The position numbers and the translations under genes are program-made. The notes beneath the pieces were generated by a model that was not told the DNA's origin, ran no database searches, and saw nothing but the letters and a program-made list of their open reading frames with translations. Of a stretch of 23,115 bases of DNA, positions 17,034 to 23,115 are shown piece after piece. The stretch comes from Candidatus Micrarchaeota archaeon (GTDB lineage Archaea > Micrarchaeota > Micrarchaeia > Anstonellales > Bilamarchaeaceae). Each line of letters starts with the position of its first letter. Position 1 is the stretch's first letter. The DNA lies in NCBI GenBank assembly GCA_040753215.1, contig JBFMEZ010000008.1:1-23115 (forward strand), read 5' to 3'.

Positions 17034-19288
17034 GCCATCATCCTCATCATCCCGGGCAGGTCTATGTCCCCTCCCAGCATCGGGGAGAGCGTGATTATGA
17101 ACATCAGCGTTACCGCGAGGCTCATGAGCGGGAGCACGAACGCAGGGAGAGCGAGCTTCGCCGCGGATTTTATCTCGGTAGGCCCCGTGAACCCCTCCAG
17201 CTTGTTCGTGGTCGTCGCGGGGTTCTCGTACCCCATCGTCTTCGCATTTATGCCCCCGCATATGGAGGTGCAGTCGTAAATCATCTGCGGCTTGAAGGTG
17301 AGCCCCTTCTCGGCCACAAAAATGCATCCGGTGCACTTGTCCGGCTCCTGGAAAACCACGTCCGGTATTATGTACATGCAGGTCTTGCCTGAGAGGTTGT
17401 TCTCCCAGAGCACCTGGGGGCTCTGCGGCTCGCTCAGCCCCGGGTTGTCCGGCCTGTACTTTTCGCACGAGTATGGGCACGTGGGGTCCCTCTTCCCGCT
17501 CGTGGTTATCCACATGCACTGCGAGGGGCAGTCGGTCCCGTATTCCTTGCACTGCCAGTCGGGGGGCCAGTTGTACTCTATGCACGGGTCAATATTCTTT
17601 TCTTCACAATACTCGTCCCTCGTTTCGAACCTCTCCTTGCATACCCTGTTGTAGCATCCGTAATCGGTCTGGCCAGGGCTCGGCGGCCCGCCCGTCCCGC
17701 CAGCGCTTATCGGGGTTGGAGTGAGTATTGGCTTCATGGGCGCAAGCGCCCTGCACTCCTCAGGGCAGCCATTGATTTCGCTCTCGTCAAACTGCGAATA
17801 CACCGGGTCCTCCGGGTCAAAATAGCGTGTGTTGCACACGTTCGGCGCCCCGCTCCCCGCACCAAGATATACGGTAGGCCCGGTGCATCCCTGGTGGTAC
17901 GGAATTGGGAACCCGCACGGGTCGAATGGGCAGTAGCTGAACGAGCGTGCGCTGGCCGTCCCCGGTTCCCCTATGCCTATTATGTTCCCGGAGCCCATCT
18001 CGCCCATCTTCTCCTCCGCAACCCCTATGCAATACTGCTCCTTGCCCCCTGCCACAATTGGCGCAACCGGGCACGTCCCCTCGCAATACTCCCTCTTCTC
18101 CTCTTCAGGCGGGTTGCAGTTTCTCTCCTCCGCGCATCCATCCACGCACTCCTCCCATGCCGCAACCTGTTCCGGCGTGGCGCCCATCTCCGGGGGCGTG
18201 GGCACGCCCGATGCGACGCAGGATTCCCCGCACCTGTTTATGCATAGCCAGGTATAGCTCGCCACGCAGTTGTCCATGCACCGTATCTCCCTCCCGCCCT
18301 CGTCCAGGTGGGCAAGCGAATCCAGGCAGTCTTCATACACCGCATCATAAACATCCGCCTTCTCCACAAGCACGGACGGCCTTCCCCCCTCCCATTCCGC
18401 AATCCTCCCGAACGGAGTGCAGACCTTCGGGCAGGTGTTGCTCGGCCCGCCCGCAACCGCGCTTATCCCGTAGACCGCCGCATCCATCGTGAACCAGCCC
18501 AGCGCATACATCAGCGGGAACACGAGAAGGAAGCCTATCCCGAAGGCGAGAAGCAGCCCCCCCAGCCTCCTGGTCACGAAGAAGGAGCGCAGCACAATCC
18601 CTATTATGAGCGCTGCGGGCGCAAGCTTAAGCGTAACGAACCTTATTAGGAACGCCTGCGCGTGCAGGGCGCCGAAGATGCTTCCGAGCAGGTTCAGCAC
18701 CTCGTTGTACATCTCTACATCTATCATCCTGTGCATGTAGTGCTTCCAGTTGAACCCGGCGAAGAAATACATCGCATAGCTTACCCCGACCCCCTGCCCG
18801 TAGGTAGCCTCCTGCGCAACCTCCAGGTTCTTCTTGAAAACATCCTCGTAGATGTCCACGCTCGCGTCTATGTAGCTGTTTATGTACACAAGGGCAATCT
18901 GCGCAGGGCAGTATCCCGCCCCCGGCGCACCGCACGCCGCGGCCATGAGCGGGGAATCCCTTATCATCCCTATGGAAACCTGCTCCACGAAAAGCAGGAT
19001 GCCCATTATGAATATCACGAGCAGGGCGGTCGTAATCACCTCGCTTATCTCAATCTCGGCCCATGCCTTCAGCTCCGGGATTGCGAAGCCCTGCCCTATC
19101 GCATACGCGAGCGCGACCAGCCCTATGCTCAGCATCAGCACTGCCGCCACGTAGATTTTCCAGTCCGCAAGGATGCCTGCGAGCGCGCCCGGCCTGGTTT
19201 CCGCTTCCGTGATGAGCCGCGGCTGCTCCTCCGCAAACGCAACCTGCACCATCGGAAGCAGCAGGAGAAGCAGCAGCATCCTTCTCAC
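17030..19288 (-). CDS. Polytopic membrane protein, CedA/VirB6-like paralog 3, with a large Cys-rich insertion (~752 aa)
   Basis: GGTGA SD, then GTG 19288 overlapping the upstream TGA. Motifs YAIGQGFAIPELKAWAEIEISE, IGIVLRSFFVTRRLGGLLLAFGIGFLLVFP and MLGGDIDLPGM. Confidence 0.8.
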   Translation of the reverse strand: MRRMLLLLLLLPMVQVAFAEEQPRLITEAETRPGALAGILADWKIYVAAVLMLSIGLVALAYAIGQGFAIPELKAWAEIEISEVITTALLVIFIMGILLFVEQVSIGMIRDSPLMAAACGAPGAGYCPAQIALVYINSYIDASVDIYEDVFKKNLEVAQEATYGQGVGVSYAMYFFAGFNWKHYMHRMIDVEMYNEVLNLLGSIFGALHAQAFLIRFVTLKLAPAALIIGIVLRSFFVTRRLGGLLLAFGIGFLLVFPLMYALGWFTMDAAVYGISAVAGGPSNTCPKVCTPFGRIAEWEGGRPSVLVEKADVYDAVYEDCLDSLAHLDEGGREIRCMDNCVASYTWLCINRCGESCVASGVPTPPEMGATPEQVAAWEECVDGCAEERNCNPPEEEKREYCEGTCPVAPIVAGGKEQYCIGVAEEKMGEMGSGNIIGIGEPGTASARSFSYCPFDPCGFPIPYHQGCTGPTVYLGAGSGAPNVCNTRYFDPEDPVYSQFDESEINGCPEECRALAPMKPILTPTPISAGGTGGPPSPGQTDYGCYNRVCKERFETRDEYCEEKNIDPCIEYNWPPDWQCKEYGTDCPSQCMWITTSGKRDPTCPYSCEKYRPDNPGLSEPQSPQVLWENNLSGKTCMYIIPDVVFQEPDKCTGCIFVAEKGLTFKPQMIYDCTSICGGINAKTMGYENPATTTNKLEGFTGPTEIKSAAKLALPAFVLPLMSLAVTLMFIITLSPMLGGDIDLPGMMRMMA

Positions 19289-20181
19289 GGAATCACCTTC
19301 GCCACCTTCACAAGCGCTGTTGCGGAGCTTGCGAACACGACCAGCGCAAAGTTCGGGAGGAATACTGTATTCAGGATATAAACCGCAATAGTGCCCATCC
19401 CTATGGAATCCCCGCAATTCCCGAACACCTCGTCCCTTCCGGTGCCGCAGAAGCCCCCGCTTATGTCCGCCCCAGAGGAATTAACAGCATATGCGAGCGG
19501 CAGTATGATGTAAACAGCGAACGCAAGCGCCAGCACGGTATTCCCCGCATCCCTCCCCCTCGGCAGTGCGCGCAGTATCAGCCCTATGGGAAGCAGCACG
19601 GGCAGCGCATAGTCCCTAACCGCCTTCAGCGCGAGGTACTGTATCCCAGCGCTCACGTACCCGGCCATCACGAAGTCGAACGCAATCTCCGCGTGCCTCG
19701 AATACGCGCTCCTGAACGCATCGTCCCAGAACGTCTCGCCCCCTGTGAAAGGGAGGAAGTACCCGAACATCCACGAAGCTTCAAATTTGTTCTCCATCGA
19801 GCTCCTCATAAGGGCGGTGAGCAGATACGTCCCCTCCGCCTTGAGGGAATGGAGGTAGGAGACGGAAATCTCCAGCGGGTCCCCTCCCACCGCCCCGGCA
19901 ACCATTGTGCAGGAGCCGAAGAATATCCCCTGTATGCCCACCACGAGGAGCACGGATATGAAAGTGTGGAAAACCTGGTCCTTGGCGAAAACGAGAAGCC
20001 CTGCGTCGCGCGTGAAGCTCCCGGCCATGTACGCAACCGCAGCGGCCGCAACCGAGAGAAGTATCGCCGCGGATATGTAGGGCAGCGCCTCGGTGAAAAC
20101 GCTGGTCGCGAATGCGCATTCCTGCGCGAATGCTGCCGGAATCATGAAGAGCAGCGGGAGCACCAGCAGCGCGATCCTCAC
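19285..20181 (-). CDS. Polytopic membrane protein, CedA/VirB6-like paralog 2 (~298 aa; frame open upstream to 20325)
   Basis: GGAGGT, then GTG 20181 followed by a signal peptide. Motifs YMAGSFTRDAGLLVFAKDQVFH and PIGLILRALPRGRDAGNTVLALAFAVYIILP. The C-terminal LGxE tail is absent. Confidence 0.78.
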   Translation of the reverse strand: MRIALLVLPLLFMIPAAFAQECAFATSVFTEALPYISAAILLSVAAAAVAYMAGSFTRDAGLLVFAKDQVFHTFISVLLVVGIQGIFFGSCTMVAGAVGGDPLEISVSYLHSLKAEGTYLLTALMRSSMENKFEASWMFGYFLPFTGGETFWDDAFRSAYSRHAEIAFDFVMAGYVSAGIQYLALKAVRDYALPVLLPIGLILRALPRGRDAGNTVLALAFAVYIILPLAYAVNSSGADISGGFCGTGRDEVFGNCGDSIGMGTIAVYILNTVFLPNFALVVFASSATALVKVAKVIP

Positions 20182-20321
20182 TGAACCTCCACGGCCCAAA
20201 GGCAATGGCTTCTCATCAGGAAAGGGCAACTGTATTACCAGCGCCTTTGGAGGAAGCCCGGGCCTTAGGGTCTTTGGGGAAGCGCCAGCAATATCCTGGG
20301 CTTCCGAGCCGTGGAGGTTCA
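20182..20321. mobile_element. 140-bp MITE-like/hairpin element
   Basis: Perfect 14-bp terminal inverted repeats TGAACCTCCACGGC (20182-20195) and GCCGTGGAGGTTCA (20308-20321), flanked by direct TCAC (20178-20181, 20322-20325). No transposase is encoded. Confidence 0.65.
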
Positions 20322-21578
20322 TCACACCAGCCTCGATATGCCGTACAGCACGTACTCGCCTCCGAGGGCGGCGGATATGGCTTTCGTCCCGCTGAACGTG
20401 AATACCGCTATCACCACCACCGCTATGATTGAGAATGTATTCACCTCGCTCACCGCAGGCAGCAGTATTGCCGCTATCGGCTCAACCGTTGCGGAATACG
20501 CCTCATCCGCTATCCCGCTGGTGTCGCTTGCAGCCGTTGATACGAGTATGGAGGCGGTATTCTGTATTATGAACATCGCGAAGGGCCATATCGCGAACAC
20601 GAACGTTTCGAAGAAGGCGAGCCAGCAGGCGAAATAGCCCACGTTGCACGTGGGCGCCATTATCGTTGCGTACACCGCGCCCCAGAATATCTCCCCAAGC
20701 TCGGTAGGGAGCCGCAGGGCGGTGTTCTCGCAGAAAGCCCTCACGCCCGAGATGGAGCCGCTCGTCATCCACGGGCTCAGCCTCTCGTCAAAATCTATCC
20801 CCATCGCCCTCTCCGCATGCGGCATCTCCGCCAGCCCGTACATCTCCTTCACGAGGAAGAGGGAAGCGGGAAGCATGAAGAGCGCCCCGAGCGAGAGCGC
20901 AATCAGCGTGTTCCCCAGCTTTTTCGTGAAGGGGAATATGCGGAACACCATCCCCAGCGGTAGGAAGAACCCCGGCACCGCGCTTGAGATGTATCCCAGC
21001 AGCACCTTCACAAGCTGGAAGCTGAGTATCTGCATGGTGAGCTGGGAGGCCGCGTTGCTCAGCGCCAGGTAGAGGGGGTTTACCCCGAAGAGGGGCATCC
21101 TGCTCTCGCTATAGGTTACATAGCCCAGGTTCCCCACCACGTACCCCAGGCTCGCCCCCTGCTGCACAGCGACCGCAAAATACGCCTCCCCCACCTTTCC
21201 GTATATGCCCTCCAGGTTCCGTATTATCGGGTCGAGGGCAGCGGAGCCGAGGCTCACGGCATCCGGCTCCCCGGTTACGCCGCTTATGAGGCTGTTTGCA
21301 GTGATGACCGCGCCATAAACGACGACCACAACCACTACCCCGGCTATAAGCTCCCTGAGCTGCTCTTTGCTCCACGCAACCGCGGAAGGGTTCTGCAGCG
21401 CGGTAGAGACCATGTAGGAGAGCGCGACGAACGCGACGGAGAGGAGAACCAGCGAGCCGATGAGCCCCGGGTTCGCTGCCGGGTTCAGGTTCGGGGTAAA
21501 AACGCAGGGCGCAACCGCGCACTCCTCCGCTGCGAAGGATATGGCAAGCAGAACAAGCGCAAACACCCAGCCCCGCAT
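20322..21578 (-). CDS. Polytopic membrane protein, CedA/VirB6-like paralog 1
   Basis: Signal peptide; motifs YMVSTALQNPSAVAWSKEQLRE, PLGMVFRIFPFTKKLGNTLIALSLGALFMLP and ALGGEYVLYGISRLV. Confidence 0.8.
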   Translation of the reverse strand: MRGWVFALVLLAISFAAEECAVAPCVFTPNLNPAANPGLIGSLVLLSVAFVALSYMVSTALQNPSAVAWSKEQLRELIAGVVVVVVVYGAVITANSLISGVTGEPDAVSLGSAALDPIIRNLEGIYGKVGEAYFAVAVQQGASLGYVVGNLGYVTYSESRMPLFGVNPLYLALSNAASQLTMQILSFQLVKVLLGYISSAVPGFFLPLGMVFRIFPFTKKLGNTLIALSLGALFMLPASLFLVKEMYGLAEMPHAERAMGIDFDERLSPWMTSGSISGVRAFCENTALRLPTELGEIFWGAVYATIMAPTCNVGYFACWLAFFETFVFAIWPFAMFIIQNTASILVSTAASDTSGIADEAYSATVEPIAAILLPAVSEVNTFSIIAVVVIAVFTFSGTKAISAALGGEYVLYGISRLV

Positions 21579-21620
21579 GCCCCCTACTCTTCTGTAAAAT
21601 ATATAAACTCTTGCTGTTTA
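21579..21620. promoter_or_regulatory. Divergent promoter with a shared TATA box
   Basis: TATATAAA at 21600-21607 is 22-29 nt from ATG 21578 (minus) and 23-30 nt from ATG 21630 (plus). Confidence 0.6.
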
Positions 21621-22637
21621 ATGGAAGCCATGAAAGCGCGCTCTCTCGTCTTTGGACTGCTGGTCCTCGGCCTTCTTTTTTCCGCGGAATTCGAAGACAT
21701 ATACATACGTTCCATAAACTCCTTCAACCCGGATGAGACTGTGATGATAACGAACTGCGATGTGCAGGGGGACAAGCCGACCTACATCACTGTAAAAACC
21801 TGGGTCTCCAACCCGTTCGGTGAAACGGCCCCCGCAACCTTCTACTACTGGAATTTCAGCACAGGGAACTGGATGAACCTCAGCACGTGCAACGTCCTCC
21901 AGTACGGGAAGGAATGCCAGGTGTTCCTCCCGGCTTACCTTGGGGGGATGGGCACCGAAACGGAAAGCCTCGAGCTGATGAGGGTTACGATGTCCCGCGG
22001 CTCCACAACCTACGAGGCGGTGTTCGAATTCTCCATAGAGCACCTCGAAACGGACAAGGAGAAGATAGTCGCGAACAAGACCGCCACCTACCTGTCCCTT
22101 CTTGCGCAGGCGGGAAGCCATTCCTTCTGCAATGCCGGCCGCTCCCTCTGCTGCAAACTGCAGACGGACTATTCCTCCCTCACGGGGCTGGACAACCGCT
22201 CCGCGGCCCTTCTGAAGGAATGCAGGGTTGATGAGGCGAGGATGCTCATTGAGAATGCGATAAACCAGCTACGTGCGATTGAGGGGAATGCCTCCTCCTG
22301 CTCCGCTGCGCTTGCGGAAATCGCCGATGCGGAAGACACCGCAAACGGGAGGGGATGCAACACCGGCGCGGTGCGCACGCAGATAGATGCGCTGAAGAAT
22401 GAGGTGAGGAACGGGAACTACGACCCGAGCCTCTCTGCGCTCAATTCCGCCCTCTCTTCGCAGTGCTTCGGGGCAACCGTTGAGGAAGTGGAGCCCGGAG
22501 AGGCGCCGGTCCCCGGTTCCCCAGTTTCCGGAGGCGGGGAACAGGAAACCGGAAACGGGAAGCCCATATGCCCCGGCCTCTTCATACTCCTTATTATTCC
22601 ACTCATCGCGGTGGTGCATCATAAATGGGGCTCCTAG
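21621..22637 (+). CDS. Secreted surface glycoprotein with a C-terminal Cys-TM anchor
   Basis: Signal peptide (start likely ATG 21630), several N-x-S/T sequons, multiple Cys, Pro/Gly linker and C-terminal KPICPGLFILLIIPLIAVVHHK. Confidence 0.8.
   Translation: MEAMKARSLVFGLLVLGLLFSAEFEDIYIRSINSFNPDETVMITNCDVQGDKPTYITVKTWVSNPFGETAPATFYYWNFSTGNWMNLSTCNVLQYGKECQVFLPAYLGGMGTETESLELMRVTMSRGSTTYEAVFEFSIEHLETDKEKIVANKTATYLSLLAQAGSHSFCNAGRSLCCKLQTDYSSLTGLDNRSAALLKECRVDEARMLIENAINQLRAIEGNASSCSAALAEIADAEDTANGRGCNTGAVRTQIDALKNEVRNGNYDPSLSALNSALSSQCFGATVEEVEPGEAPVPGSPVSGGGEQETGNGKPICPGLFILLIIPLIAVVHHKWGS
22506..22565. repeat. Palindromic heptamer array inside the 3' end of the surface-protein gene
   Basis: cggtccc cggttcc c cagtttc, loop, gggaaca ggaaacc ggaaacg ggaagcc. 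Confidence 0.78.
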
Positions 22638-22960
22638 ACGCGATAAGGGAGACGCTCAAAAAGAGGAAAACAACCCTTGCGGACAAGGAGTACAAGTGCC
22701 CCTCATGCGGCGCAAAGGTAACCCTGGACATGGAGCGCTGCCCCTCCTGCGGGGTGCGCATAAAGTCCATGTTCAGGAAGAAGTGCCCGAAGTGCGGGGA
22801 GCTGAACGAGCTGGACGCCAAAATCTGCGTGAAGTGCGGCTACAATTTCGAGGCCGAGATTGCGCGGGCGAAGAAGACGGTCTGGAGATGCCCCATCTGC
22901 GGCTACGAGATGGACACGCTCTATACGAGATGCCCCGTATGTAATACGAGATTTATGTAA
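22625..22960 (+). CDS. Zinc-ribbon (DZR-like) protein with three CxxC pairs
   Basis: CPSC, CPSC, CPKC, CVKC, CPIC and CPVC in 111 aa; overlaps the upstream gene by 13 nt. Confidence 0.88.
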   Translation: MGLLDAIRETLKKRKTTLADKEYKCPSCGAKVTLDMERCPSCGVRIKSMFRKKCPKCGELNELDAKICVKCGYNFEAEIARAKKTVWRCPICGYEMDTLYTRCPVCNTRFM

Positions 22961-22990
22961 GTTTTCAGTTTCGGGTTTCCCGTTTCCAGG
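22961..22990. repeat. Heptamer tandem array (GTTTC orientation)
   Basis: gtttt cagtttc gggtttc ccgtttc cagg directly after the stop codon; shares CAGTTTCGGGTT with the 3181 array. Confidence 0.78.
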
Positions 22991-23010
22991 CTGTGGGACA
23001 AAAATAGAAG

Positions 23011-23115
23011 CTAATCCTTACAGATAAGCAAGTATGCCCGCCGACCTCGGTATTCTTTTGGGCAGTCGACTTTGGCCCCTGTTCCGAAAGAAGTGACTCT
23101 TTTTTCTATGATTCT
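23011..23115 (-). CDS. C-terminal part of a DUF2080-like (putative transposon-associated) small protein, truncated by the window edge
   Basis: Minus strand reads RIIEKRVTSFGTGAKVDCPKEYRGRRAYLLICKD*, matching the recalled V-x-x-FG-x-x-A-K-V-x-x-PK-x-Y-x-G pattern. Not in the supplied ORF track. Confidence 0.72.
   Translation of the reverse strand, partial: RIIEKRVTSFGTGAKVDCPKEYRGRRAYLLICKD

Noticed and set aside
19289..19417. N-terminal extension of the 795-aa ORF in the track
   Set aside because: It overlaps the upstream paralog by 133 nt; the SD, the GTGA overlap and the signal peptide point to GTG 19288.
20210..20222. CTGATGAG on the minus strand of the 140-bp element, suggesting a hammerhead ribozyme core or C box
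   Set aside because: No stem II followed by GAAA and no matching cleavage triplet geometry were found, and no separate D box.
5769..21578. Cluster as a provirus or conjugative element
   Set aside because: No capsid, terminase, integrase, relaxase or VirB4/VirD4 motifs were recognised, and no att-like boundaries were seen.

Overview
Archaeal chromosomal DNA. Evidence: split GMP synthase B subunit, pelota, EndoQ, tRNA-Gln with an A1-U72 pair, TATA-type promoters and GGTG/GGAGGT ribosome-binding sites. A DPANN/Micrarchaeota-like source is an inference only. The left 5.4 kb is mostly housekeeping: a degenerate RNA-ligase-fold gene, endoQ, guaAB, tRNA-Gln(UUG), a TPR protein and pelota. A ~16 kb minus-strand cluster (5456-21578) encodes six tandem paralogous polytopic membrane proteins with CedA/VirB6-like motifs, a ~1400-aa Cys-rich lipoprotein-like surface protein with a degenerate glycoside-hydrolase-like barrel, a 1254-aa membrane-anchored helical protein and a PadR regulator. 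It is a candidate undescribed cell-contact or translocation apparatus; no ATPase gene is in the window. Non-coding structure seen directly: (i) a 140-bp MITE-like element with 14-bp terminal inverted repeats and a 4-bp target duplication at a GTGA stop/start overlap, plus two other structured spacers at junctions of the same cluster; (ii) a dispersed family of GGAAACC/GGTTTCC-type heptamer arrays, two of them translated and one pair enclosing an orphan gene between 12-bp direct repeats. All family assignments are by motif recognition; no searches were run.
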